A stretch of DNA of 64,000 bases, from assembly GCA_026417175.1 (NCBI GenBank), contig JAOADT010000001.1:38918-102917 (forward strand), in the 5' to 3' direction. The stretch comes from Deltaproteobacteria bacterium (GTDB lineage: Bacteria; Desulfobacterota; Syntrophorhabdia; Syntrophorhabdales; JANXAF01). The notes under the pieces are model-generated. The model was not told the origin of the DNA. It searched no databases and was given only the letters and a program-made list of their open reading frames with translations. Positions within the stretch are counted from its first letter, which is position 1. Each line of letters opens with the position of its first letter. Of the stretch, positions 28,536 through 37,985 are shown piece by piece. A program made the position numbers and the translations under genes.

Positions 28536-31500
28536 CTAATCTTTTTCTCTTAAAGCTTCAATACCTTCTCTTATCTGAGTGTAAAGCTGGGTATCTGTAA
28601 AGTGCTTAAGCTGTATCGCATTTGTCGGGCATTTAGCGTTGCAAAGTCCATCTCCTTTACAGAGCACTGGATTAACTCTAGCTTTTTTTCCTCTTTCAGT
28701 TTCGTAAAACTCGATAGCGTCATATTTACAGACCGAAATACATGCGCGACAAGATACGCACTTTTCTTCATCGACTTCACATATGGCTCCCGAAGCCAAA
28801 ACGTAGTCTTTAGAAAGAAGTGTTAAAGCTCTACCTGCCGCTCCGTAAGCTTGATTTATCGCTTCATTTACATGTTTTGGATAGTGTGCCATTCCGCACA
28901 GAAACACTCCTTCTGCAGAAAAGTCTACAGGACGTAATTTCACATGGGCTTCTTGGAAGAAACCGTCAGGGTTGATCGGAACTTTGAAGAACTTTGAAAT
29001 CTGGGTATTATTTCTATGAGGAATCACAGCTGAGGCCAATACTAACATGTCAGCTTCGATTTCTAGTTCCTTCTTTATAACTCTGTCTACCACTTTTACG
29101 ATAAAACTTTCCTTTCCCTTGGACCCTTTAAATTCTACAGTAGGAGGAATGTCTAGGTCGTAACGGATGAAACGTACTTCTTTGTCCTGGGCTTTAAAAT
29201 AATAATCTTCGTTGAAACCATAGGTCCTCATGTCTCTGAAAAGTATGTATATATCCTTCTCAGGGTATTTCTCTTTTAGCTTCAGGGCATTTTTTACTGA
29301 ATGGTTGCAACATATTCTACTGCAGTAATTTCTTTCCTCGTTTCTTGATCCAACGCATTGGATCATTACAATGGTCCCTACATTTTTGATCCTTTCATCT
29401 TCCCTAGCTAGAAGTTCTTCGAATTCAAAATTTGTTACAACAAAATTGTTCTTTCCATACATATATTCTTTCGGTTTATATTCTTCTGCTCCTACCGCTA
29501 CTATTGCAACTCCGTGCTTAATTGTACTAATTCCGTCCCTTGTTCTTATCCTTGTGGAAAAGTTCCCCACGTATCCTGTGACATCGAGTATCTCCGAATT
29601 TGTCCTCACATGGATGTTAGGATGCGAAAGCACCTGGCCTATAAGTTCGTCTGTAAAAGAGCGAACATCAAACCCATCAAGAGTGAAATAAAGTTTCTTG
29701 GCATTTCCTCCAAGAGTCTCCTCTTTTTCCACAAGGTATACCTCGTAACCTTGTCTTGCTATACTTAAGGCAGAGACCATACCGGCTATTCCACCGCCAA
29801 CAACGAGTACTCTTTTATCTATGGGAAGTCTCAATTCCTCAAGAGGGGCTAGATACACAGCTCTAGCTACAGCCATTCTGACTAAATCCTTTGCTTTCTT
29901 CGTTGCACGCTCCTTTTCCCTTGGATGCACCCAAGAGCAATGTTCCCTTATATTTGCCATTTCAAAGTAATACTGGTTAATTCCGCCTTCTCTTAGGGTA
30001 TCTCTGAAAAGCGGTTCATGGGTCCTTGGAGTGCAGGCCGCAACAACAACTCTATTCAATCTTTTCTCCTTTATCGCATCTGCTATCTGTTTTGCCGCAT
30101 CTGTAGAGCATGCAAATATTGACTCCTGTGCATGTACCACGTATTTAAGTCTTGAAGCAAATCTTACCACCTCTGGTACGTTTACAACCCTTCCTATGTT
30201 TGCTCCGCAATGACATACAAATACTCCCACACGAGGTTCTTCTTGAGTTGTATCCCTTTCTTCTGGGTAAAGTCTCTCCTTAGTCAGTAGATTTCTACGT
30301 GTGCCGAGTATTTCCCCGCACTGACTTGCTGCACCGCTTGCAGATACAACAGATTCAGGTATATCCATGGGACCTTGAAACGCACCACTCACAAATATTC
30401 CGGGTCTTGAAGTTTTTATAGGATTGGAAGGAGAAAATTTTGAAAACCCGTACCCATTTAATTCGATGCCAAATTTCTGAGCAAGTTCTGTATATCCACT
30501 TGGTGGCTTGAGCCCAACAGAAAGTACCACCATATCAAAATCCTCTTCTTTTACCCCGTCCTCTGTAGCATATCTTATCCTAAGATTCTTGGTGTCTGGA
30601 ATCTCACCCTCCAACGAGACATAACTTCTTATGAATCTTACCCCTTTTAAATTCGATGCTCTTTGGTAAAACCTTTCAAAGTCTTTTCCAAATGACCTTA
30701 TATCGTTGTGGAATACCACACATTCGCAGTCAGGTTCATGCTCCTTTGTAAGAATCACTTGCTTCTGTGTATAGGCGCAACACACGGAGGAACAATAGGG
30801 AGAGCCAGGTTCTTTTAATGTTCTAGATCCTACACACTGAATCCATGCCACTTTCTTTGGATGCCTTTTGTCAGACTTTCTTAGGATCTCTCCTTCGTAT
30901 GGACCGGTAGAGCAGAGTAATCTTTCGTAGTCAAGGCTTGTCACGACGTTATCGTAAACCCCGTAGCCAAATTCAGTTGTAAGTGAAGGATCAAACACTT
31001 CAAAACCAGGAGCTAGAATAATGGCTCCAACTTCTATCTCTTCCCTTTTCGGTTTTTGAAAAAGATCTATAGCCTTGTTCTTGCAAACACCCGCGCATAT
31101 GGAGCACTTCTCTCCACTTAGATACAGACAGTTATCCCTGTTTATGTAAGCAACAAGTGGAACGGCTTGAGAAAAATACACATGAATAGCCTTATTCTTT
31201 GAAAGCTTCTGATTGTATTCGTCCTCAACTTTTATTGGGCAGAACTCGGTACACATACCGCATCCGGTACATCTTTCCTCATCAATGTATCGCGGTTTTC
31301 TTATAAGGCTCACTCTGAACTCGGGAAATTCGCCATCAACCTTCTCTACTTCCGTATATGTGAGAATCTTAATGTTTGGGTGTCTACTACACTCGACCAG
31401 TTTCGGTGACTCTATACACATGGAACAGTCATTTGTGGGAAAGGTCTTATCAAGCTGTGCCATGTGACCACCTATGCCTGGAGCACGGTCAACAAGATAA

Positions 31501-31646
31501 ACTTTGAAACCAGAAGAGGCAAGATCTAAAGACGCTTGTATACCACTTATTCCTCCACCGACGACCATTATGTCGCCAACTTCTTTTTTTTCGAAATCCC
31601 TTATAAGTTGCAAAATTTTTTCTTTAGTGATTACCTCTCCGTTCAC
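28536..31646 (-). CDS. Double HdrA-like FAD/Fe-S oxidoreductase (BamE-like), all-Cys version
   Basis: 1036 aa. Two dinucleotide folds ([32 protein letters not shown]), several ferredoxin-type Cys clusters and a C-terminal 2x[4Fe-4S] motif (CVSCRACISVC, CKGDGLCNAKCP). Confidence 0.9.
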   Translation of the reverse strand: MNGEVITKEKILQLIRDFEKKEVGDIMVVGGGISGIQASLDLASSGFKVYLVDRAPGIGGHMAQLDKTFPTNDCSMCIESPKLVECSRHPNIKILTYTEVEKVDGEFPEFRVSLIRKPRYIDEERCTGCGMCTEFCPIKVEDEYNQKLSKNKAIHVYFSQAVPLVAYINRDNCLYLSGEKCSICAGVCKNKAIDLFQKPKREEIEVGAIILAPGFEVFDPSLTTEFGYGVYDNVVTSLDYERLLCSTGPYEGEILRKSDKRHPKKVAWIQCVGSRTLKEPGSPYCSSVCCAYTQKQVILTKEHEPDCECVVFHNDIRSFGKDFERFYQRASNLKGVRFIRSYVSLEGEIPDTKNLRIRYATEDGVKEEDFDMVVLSVGLKPPSGYTELAQKFGIELNGYGFSKFSPSNPIKTSRPGIFVSGAFQGPMDIPESVVSASGAASQCGEILGTRRNLLTKERLYPEERDTTQEEPRVGVFVCHCGANIGRVVNVPEVVRFASRLKYVVHAQESIFACSTDAAKQIADAIKEKRLNRVVVAACTPRTHEPLFRDTLREGGINQYYFEMANIREHCSWVHPREKERATKKAKDLVRMAVARAVYLAPLEELRLPIDKRVLVVGGGIAGMVSALSIARQGYEVYLVEKEETLGGNAKKLYFTLDGFDVRSFTDELIGQVLSHPNIHVRTNSEILDVTGYVGNFSTRIRTRDGISTIKHGVAIVAVGAEEYKPKEYMYGKNNFVVTNFEFEELLAREDERIKNVGTIVMIQCVGSRNEERNYCSRICCNHSVKNALKLKEKYPEKDIYILFRDMRTYGFNEDYYFKAQDKEVRFIRYDLDIPPTVEFKGSKGKESFIVKVVDRVIKKELEIEADMLVLASAVIPHRNNTQISKFFKVPINPDGFFQEAHVKLRPVDFSAEGVFLCGMAHYPKHVNEAINQAYGAAGRALTLLSKDYVLASGAICEVDEEKCVSCRACISVCKYDAIEFYETERGKKARVNPVLCKGDGLCNAKCPTNAIQLKHFTDTQLYTQIREGIEALREKD

Positions 31647-31667
31647 GTCTCTTTCCTCTTTTCTTTT

Positions 31668-32819
31668 TTAAGTTACTTCGTTTATTAACTCTGCCAAGTC
31701 CTTTATACGAAGCTTATCTTCGTAACCCATGATTAGCTTACTGTCTTCCAGCGCTGTTATGCAGTAAGGACAACTAGTCACAAGTTCCATAGCACCCAAT
31801 TTCACCGCGTCTTCAACTCTTATGTTAGAAAACCTTTCGTGTTTCTCGGTTTCGGCCCAAACTCTACCCCCTCCCATTCCACAACACAAGCTTGCGAGTC
31901 TATTCTCTGGAAGCTCCAGCATATTGACCCCATTTATTGACCTGAGTACCTCTCTAGGTTTTTCAAATATGTTACTGTGTCTTCCAAGGTAACAGGGATC
32001 GTGATAAGCGATATTTGCCACATAGTCTCTGCTGAGTTTTAATCTCTTGGACTCTATGAGTTCTTTCAAATACTCGGATATGTGTACAACCTCAAAATTT
32101 GCACCGAAATTAGGATATTCATTTTTGAAAGTGTAATAGCAATGTGGTGATGAGACGACTATTTTTCTTACCCCGAAGTCAATAAACTTTTTTAGATTTT
32201 CTTTGGCAAGCTTCTTAAAAACTTCTTCATTTCCCGTTTTCCTTATGCTTTCCCCACAACAACTTTCAGCCTCACCGAGAATCCCAAAATTCACCTGTGC
32301 CTTTTGTAACAGCTGTACAGTTGCTCTCGCAACGTTTCTGAGTCTCGGATCGTAGCACATATAACAGCATGTGAAATAGAGAACCTCCATCTTCTCCTCA
32401 AAAATCTTAACGTTTAGTCCTTCTGCCCACTTCGCTCTCTCCTTTGGGTCCTCATTAAATGGATTACCTTTAGAGATGAGGTAAGTAGCTATCTGTCTGT
32501 AAGTTTTTGTAGAGCTTGGAAATACATTGTAAGCAGTTGCCATTCTTCTTATGGCCACTATGTCATCAATCTGTCTCACATCCCTCGGACACAAAAGGAC
32601 GCATCTCCCACACGTGGTACATCTCCAAATGTCCTCTTTTTCAATCTCTGTGAGACCAAATACCGCATCTCTTATCAATCTTCTCATACTAAATACCCTA
32701 ACGCGATTCCAAGGACATACCGCATCACATTTACCGCACTGATAACAGTACTTTACCCTTTCCCCACCGTACTGTTTTATCTCATCAATTACCTCTTTAA
32801 AAGGCGCCACAATTTCCAT
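31668..32819 (-). CDS. HdrD-like Fe-S / CCG-domain protein (BamD-like)
   Basis: 383 aa. CYQCGKCDAVCP and CTTCGRCVLLCP, then the CCG motifs SCCGESIRK and LCCGMGGG. Confidence 0.85.
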   Translation of the reverse strand: MEIVAPFKEVIDEIKQYGGERVKYCYQCGKCDAVCPWNRVRVFSMRRLIRDAVFGLTEIEKEDIWRCTTCGRCVLLCPRDVRQIDDIVAIRRMATAYNVFPSSTKTYRQIATYLISKGNPFNEDPKERAKWAEGLNVKIFEEKMEVLYFTCCYMCYDPRLRNVARATVQLLQKAQVNFGILGEAESCCGESIRKTGNEEVFKKLAKENLKKFIDFGVRKIVVSSPHCYYTFKNEYPNFGANFEVVHISEYLKELIESKRLKLSRDYVANIAYHDPCYLGRHSNIFEKPREVLRSINGVNMLELPENRLASLCCGMGGGRVWAETEKHERFSNIRVEDAVKLGAMELVTSCPYCITALEDSKLIMGYEDKLRIKDLAELINEVT

Positions 32820-32831
32820 GTCTAACCCTCA

Positions 32832-33371
32832 TTACAACTCTTTCGCTACTTTTGCAATTGTATCCACGACTTTCTCAAGACCATGTCTTTTTAACAGAGT
32901 AGCTACAGATACTTGGAGTTCGTCGGTCGTATGTGGTTCCACCTCTACTTCCCTCTCGATGTATGTAAGGGCTCCCGAATGACATTCCTTTACACACATC
33001 GGAATGTCCGAATCTTCTCCTTCACATGCATCGCATTTAAATGGAAGACCAGACTCCGGATCTTTGAACGCATCCCTTGAGGGACAGGCTGCTGGACAGA
33101 ATTCGCATGTACCAAATTCTCGACCCCGGATAGTAAAAGAGTTTCTGGCGTTGCATTCAGCTTCAGTGTACTGACCTGCTCTGATCGCCACGTAGTTGTC
33201 CGCAAACTCATCGATTATCACCCGAATCCTCGATTTTGCAGGGTTCACACTTGAATATTTGGGGTTCGCGTGGACCTGTGAACATACAATCTCGCAGCAT
33301 CTACAACCATTGCACTTGTCCATATCAAATCTTATTTCCTTTATCTTCTTTTTTACTTTTTGTCCTTCCAT
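32832..33371 (-). CDS. 4Fe-4S dicluster protein (BamC-like)
   Basis: 179 aa. CNGCRCCEIVC, CEFCPAACP and CDACEGE..CVKEC. Confidence 0.8.
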   Translation of the reverse strand: MEGQKVKKKIKEIRFDMDKCNGCRCCEIVCSQVHANPKYSSVNPAKSRIRVIIDEFADNYVAIRAGQYTEAECNARNSFTIRGREFGTCEFCPAACPSRDAFKDPESGLPFKCDACEGEDSDIPMCVKECHSGALTYIEREVEVEPHTTDELQVSVATLLKRHGLEKVVDTIAKVAKEL

Positions 33372-33388
33372 GTCTTACGCTCCTTTAC

Positions 33389-35353
33389 CTATATTCCCCA
33401 AGGATACTTGTCTTTGTATTTTTCGTAGACATTTGGGACCTCGTCATTACCAGTCAAAATTCCCCTTTTCAAGAAATCTTCTGCCACGAAATCCAGATCC
33501 AGTTTTTTTAAAGTCTCAACCGTGGGAATGCCTTGCTTTGTCCATCCTTGATACTCGTAATAGCAGTCAAGAAGGATTTGTTCGTACTCGTGGTTTCTCA
33601 CTGCCCAATGGTCTTCCGGCGGTTTCTCATCCTCTCTCCTCATACCTCTTCGCACATTCAGTGCCCGAACGAGATTTCTATTTCTCTTATAAACTGTCCA
33701 AAGTTTTTCTTCATCGAACTCCACTCCTGTGATCACAGTTATAAACTCTGGGATGTTATGTATGTGGTATACGGTTCTTCCTCCGAATTGGCCCCTAAAT
33801 GAGGAGACAAAACCGCACAACCCGGTTGCATCATCAATGTAATGCATAGCCTCATTCCACTCTGTAATTGCACATGCCATTTCGATTGTAACCATTTCTC
33901 TTTTTTCCCACTCCAAGAACCATTTCTTAAATCTCTCATCCTTTGCAGCGATCCATCCCCTTACGAATTCTTCCCTCTCCTCTCTGGTAGGAAGGGGATC
34001 CTGAGGAAAAGATCCCTCTATCTGGGTTATATTCATCTTCTCCCCTGTGGCTATCATTAAGAAGTACGGAGGATTAAGTTTCCCTAGTTTTATCGGAACC
34101 TGTTCAAACTTCTTTGTTGTGTTATGATCGAAAGCCTCGGCTCCTTTTCCTATCTTACGGGCAGCCCAGTATACGCCATCTGCAAGAATATCCCCAATAC
34201 CTTCTCTTTTCACAATCTTGTCCAAGAAGTAAAAAAATCGACCTTTAATATCGTTTGGCATGCCGGGCAGATCGTTGTCTGTGAGTATCCCTGCTTCGTA
34301 AAGTTCCAGCGCAAACGCTATAACTTGAGGTGTTGTGTAAGAATCGAGGCCTAGATTTTGGGCTACACCTAAGATATCGTAACTGAAATCAAGTTCCTGA
34401 AAGGCTGCCATATGGTAAGTATCTTTGCCAAAACATTTGTAAGAAAATCTCTTTCTTCCCGGCCAAGATATAACATTATGACATCTCTTTGGACAATTAA
34501 AACAACCTGTTTGTCTATCTAAGTGATCGTATTTTATACGTGTAAATCTTTCTTCAATTTCAGGTGTCCAGTAACCTTTCCTTCTCACTCTTGCATTTCC
34601 CCAAGCAAAATTGTCATGATGAAAGCTATCGTCTTCGTCTACCGCCATCCAGTCACCAACGTGTGGGTTTTCAGCGATTTCTTTCCTGAGTCTATTTCCT
34701 AGTTCAAATGCTTTTTGAGGGTTTGCTACGTACAAATCCTTAGTTCCCTTTATGGCTATTGCCTTTACCCTCTTGTCACCCATTACAGCACCTGCCCCAC
34801 GCGCTGCACTCGCATGGCTGTGATCTATAGAAGCATAAAATACTCGGTTCTCCCCAGCAGGTCCGATTGCTGCAATTTGGAATCTATGCCCGAGTTCTTT
34901 TTTTAGTACTTCCTGTGTGTCATATGTGCCAAGACCTTTTAGATGACTCGCATCTCTTATCTCAACCTTATCGTCGCAGATATAGATGTACACTAACTTG
35001 TCAGCCTTTCCTTTTATTATGATCTTATCATAACCTGCGAATTTCATCTCCGGAGCGAAATAACTTCCCATCATAGTGTGTGCGTGGAGATTAGTTTGCG
35101 GGGAGAATGTATTTACTATCGTTCTATTGGCTCCTGGGATAGGAGTCCCACAGAAAAGACCTGCGCTGAATATAAGTAAATTATCTGGGGAAAAGGGTTC
35201 CACCTCTGGAGGAACTCTGTCCCATAGAATTCTATCCGCAGATCCCTGACCCCCAACGTAAAGCTCGAGCCATCTAGGATCAGATTCCACCTTTTCTATA
35301 TTTCCTGTCGAGAGATCAATCTCTAAAAAATATCCAGTTTCTCCGTATCTCAT
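33389..35353 (-). CDS. AOR-family tungsto/molybdopterin enzyme (BamB-like)
   Basis: 654 aa. MRYGETGYFLEIDLSTGNIEK..., GENRV, GAVMGDK. The AAGGAG RBS lies in the 13-nt gap after the IclR gene. Confidence 0.88.
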   Translation of the reverse strand: MRYGETGYFLEIDLSTGNIEKVESDPRWLELYVGGQGSADRILWDRVPPEVEPFSPDNLLIFSAGLFCGTPIPGANRTIVNTFSPQTNLHAHTMMGSYFAPEMKFAGYDKIIIKGKADKLVYIYICDDKVEIRDASHLKGLGTYDTQEVLKKELGHRFQIAAIGPAGENRVFYASIDHSHASAARGAGAVMGDKRVKAIAIKGTKDLYVANPQKAFELGNRLRKEIAENPHVGDWMAVDEDDSFHHDNFAWGNARVRRKGYWTPEIEERFTRIKYDHLDRQTGCFNCPKRCHNVISWPGRKRFSYKCFGKDTYHMAAFQELDFSYDILGVAQNLGLDSYTTPQVIAFALELYEAGILTDNDLPGMPNDIKGRFFYFLDKIVKREGIGDILADGVYWAARKIGKGAEAFDHNTTKKFEQVPIKLGKLNPPYFLMIATGEKMNITQIEGSFPQDPLPTREEREEFVRGWIAAKDERFKKWFLEWEKREMVTIEMACAITEWNEAMHYIDDATGLCGFVSSFRGQFGGRTVYHIHNIPEFITVITGVEFDEEKLWTVYKRNRNLVRALNVRRGMRREDEKPPEDHWAVRNHEYEQILLDCYYEYQGWTKQGIPTVETLKKLDLDFVAEDFLKRGILTGNDEVPNVYEKYKDKYPWGI

Positions 35354-35366
35354 ACTTTCACTCCTT

Positions 35367-36134
35367 TTAAACTTTTTGCGTATTTACTGCATTTATTTCT
35401 TTTGCAACTGATAAAAGCATTTTAACAATCTCATCTATCTTCTCATTTGGTAGCTGGCTTTTCAATCCGACAACCCATATAGCCGACTGAACATTTTTAC
35501 TTCCGGTCTCTATAGGTACCGAAAGTCCTATCATACCTTCGATGTATTCTTCAAAGTCGTAAGCGATGCCTTCTTTTTTTATCCGGAGTAGTTCGCTTTT
35601 GAACTTGTCCTTATCGATTATGGTTTTCTCCGTGTACTTTCTCAATTCTGTTTTTTCTAAGAGTTCCTCTATCTTATCTTCCGACAACTGGGAAAGCATA
35701 GCTTTTATCCCTGCACCTGCAAAAGGTGGCATAGTCAGCCCTATATCTGAACTGAGCTTGATACCATGATCCGCCTCAACCTTATCCACCAGTATGGCCT
35801 GGGCCCCTGACCGGACACCTAAAAATACCGAAAGACCACTCTCATTTTTTATGAACTCTAGGTATGGATGGGCAAGCTGAATCAGGTTTGACTTTCTGCT
35901 TGCCATATTAGCTAGCGTGTAAAAAAGTGTTCCCAGTGAGAATCTTCCAGAAGGTAAACAATTAAGTACGTGAAGTGCAGCTAATGTGTAAATTATGTTA
36001 TATACTGTGCTTTTATTAATACCGAGTTTCTTTGAAATATCAGATATACCTAAAGGTTCCTCACTTTTAGCTAGCGCTTCAAGGATCTTGAAACATTTTT
36101 CAATTGCTGGAACTTTTTTGAATTTGTTCTCCAT
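35367..36134 (-). CDS. IclR-family transcriptional regulator
   Basis: 255 aa. N-terminal wHTH (IEKCFKILEALAKSEEPLGISDISKKLGINKSTVYNIIYTL) and a C-terminal IclR effector domain. Confidence 0.88.
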   Translation of the reverse strand: MENKFKKVPAIEKCFKILEALAKSEEPLGISDISKKLGINKSTVYNIIYTLAALHVLNCLPSGRFSLGTLFYTLANMASRKSNLIQLAHPYLEFIKNESGLSVFLGVRSGAQAILVDKVEADHGIKLSSDIGLTMPPFAGAGIKAMLSQLSEDKIEELLEKTELRKYTEKTIIDKDKFKSELLRIKKEGIAYDFEEYIEGMIGLSVPIETGSKNVQSAIWVVGLKSQLPNEKIDEIVKMLLSVAKEINAVNTQKV

Positions 36135-36148
36135 ATGGAACAGTATGT

Positions 36149-36177
36149 TTTATATAATAAACCAAAGGCATTGTCAA
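36149..36177 (-). promoter_or_regulatory. Sigma-70-type promoter of the IclR gene (very short, SD-less leader)
   Basis: On the minus strand: TTGACA (36177..36172), 17 nt, TATAAA (36154..36149). Only 14 nt separate the -10 from the ATG at 36134, and there is no purine-rich SD. Confidence 0.45.
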
Positions 36178-36212
36178 GGAATTTTTTAAATTAGAGAGAT
36201 GTTTCAAAAGAT

Positions 36213-37985
36213 TCAGAGGCTTTTCAAAACTTCCTCTAACATCCTTTCGAGTTTTGCCTCCTCCGTCTCATCCGCATATTTAGGAGGTAAAACATCTGGA
36301 AAAAACTGGAATATTCCTTTTAGGATCACCTCTGCATGAGGAGGACACCCGGGAAGATGAATACCTTTATCTTTATTATGAAGCTGACACATCCCCATAA
36401 ATATGTTAGTTTCATTGGGATTTATCCCTTTTCCCTCGTACGGACCGAGATATATATTTATCGGTTTTTCAAAGGGTCTATCTATGAGGAGTTTTTCAGG
36501 TTCTTTTGGATCTGGTCTTCTTAATTTATGAACCACAAAATGGAGATATCCTCTACATCCGGAACATGCCCCGTCGTAGTGAATCTTAAGGTTCATACCT
36601 CCTGAGAGATTAATCTCGGGCAATTTGAAGGGGCTTCTCACTTCTTCAACAGAAGCTCCGACAATCTTTATTTTTTCAGACTCTATCGGACCAAAACCCT
36701 GAATGTAAGCCAAAAGCACAGGCGGAGAATCCTTTGGATCAAGTCCCATTATCCTCATACAAGTCGCGTCCACAGCTACAGGGTTTTCCCCGGCTATTAA
36801 AAGATTCATGACTTTAGGTATACCGGAGACCGGTCCAAAGTCCTCCTGTCCTACAAGGCCATCGATAATAGTGAGTTTTGGTTTAACAAGATGATGAATA
36901 TTTACCAAATTCTGCCAAAGACCAAAGAAATGGGTCATGTATTTTTCAAGTGGTGGCATAGTGCCCTGTAGGTTTTTTACTGCCAGAGACACAACAGCGG
37001 CAAAGTGAAGCTTCATCACAGGAAGGCTAATTATCACATCAGCATCCAACAACGTTTTTGGAACTTTTCGAGAGGCCATACGTTTTTTGTAAGGAACGGG
37101 TAGCTCTACTGTTTCATCCGTGTTAAGATCGACTAGTTTAACTTTTCCGGGGAAAAGCTCCTCCAATTTATCGTACCCATAGATTTTGAACATTTTTGTC
37201 GTGGCGCTTCTATTTATGGAAGATCCTTCTGCCACTATTATCTTTGAAGCCGTGGGAAGAAGAAATGTTATCAAAGCTTTAACGAGTTTCAAGTCAGTCA
37301 CAACGCCACCTTTGTATTGACCCTCTAGCATTCCATGATCAGCAACAATATTAGGTTTTAAAACAACAGTTTGGCCTTTTTTTACATACTTTCTTATCCC
37401 ACCGAGTTTTTCAAAAAGATCTTTAACTGCCTCGTATATATCTTCCTCGGACTGCGCCGGGTTTACCTTCTGGATAACTACTGTTTCTGTCTTTCTGTAT
37501 GGCCTTATCTGTTTAAATTCTTTCAATCGGTCGAAATAGACCACGGTACTTAATTCAAGTTTATCTCTTTTTAACTCACCATCGATTATTTTCCTAAATG
37601 GGCGAAATCCGTATTCTAAAAGTAAGTTGTTTTTTTTAACGTCATTCTCATGTATGGTTGCGGACAGGAGACTATGTTCAGCAATTAGTCTATCAAAAGC
37701 ACTAAAAATTAAGTTTTTAGGATCATTACTTTCTGATACCCATATCTCCTCAATGTTGCTATTTCCCACATCAAGTATGATGAAACCAAAATCATCTTTC
37801 CCTTTCTTTATCTTGTAAACGGTAATGTCTTTACTTTTCGTCCACTTTGCCCATAGATAGTCAACGTAGTCCTCAGATATTTCTGGGATTTTAGAGTAAT
37901 AATCGAAAAGTGCTTTTTTAATTCTGCCTGTTAAATTTGTCTTTTTTAATGAAAGGTCTTGCATGCTCGAATCTCCTTCACTCAT
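36213..37985 (-). CDS. DUF362 domain protein with an N-terminal GNAT-like domain and a C-terminal Cys cluster
   Basis: 590 aa. The central GQTVVLKPNIVADHG...VAEGSS...VMKLH region is typical of DUF362. The first roughly 150 aa have a GNAT-like pattern (weak call). C-terminal CSGCRGY...GMCQ...GCPPH. Confidence 0.6.
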   Translation of the reverse strand: MSEGDSSMQDLSLKKTNLTGRIKKALFDYYSKIPEISEDYVDYLWAKWTKSKDITVYKIKKGKDDFGFIILDVGNSNIEEIWVSESNDPKNLIFSAFDRLIAEHSLLSATIHENDVKKNNLLLEYGFRPFRKIIDGELKRDKLELSTVVYFDRLKEFKQIRPYRKTETVVIQKVNPAQSEEDIYEAVKDLFEKLGGIRKYVKKGQTVVLKPNIVADHGMLEGQYKGGVVTDLKLVKALITFLLPTASKIIVAEGSSINRSATTKMFKIYGYDKLEELFPGKVKLVDLNTDETVELPVPYKKRMASRKVPKTLLDADVIISLPVMKLHFAAVVSLAVKNLQGTMPPLEKYMTHFFGLWQNLVNIHHLVKPKLTIIDGLVGQEDFGPVSGIPKVMNLLIAGENPVAVDATCMRIMGLDPKDSPPVLLAYIQGFGPIESEKIKIVGASVEEVRSPFKLPEINLSGGMNLKIHYDGACSGCRGYLHFVVHKLRRPDPKEPEKLLIDRPFEKPINIYLGPYEGKGINPNETNIFMGMCQLHNKDKGIHLPGCPPHAEVILKGIFQFFPDVLPPKYADETEEAKLERMLEEVLKSL

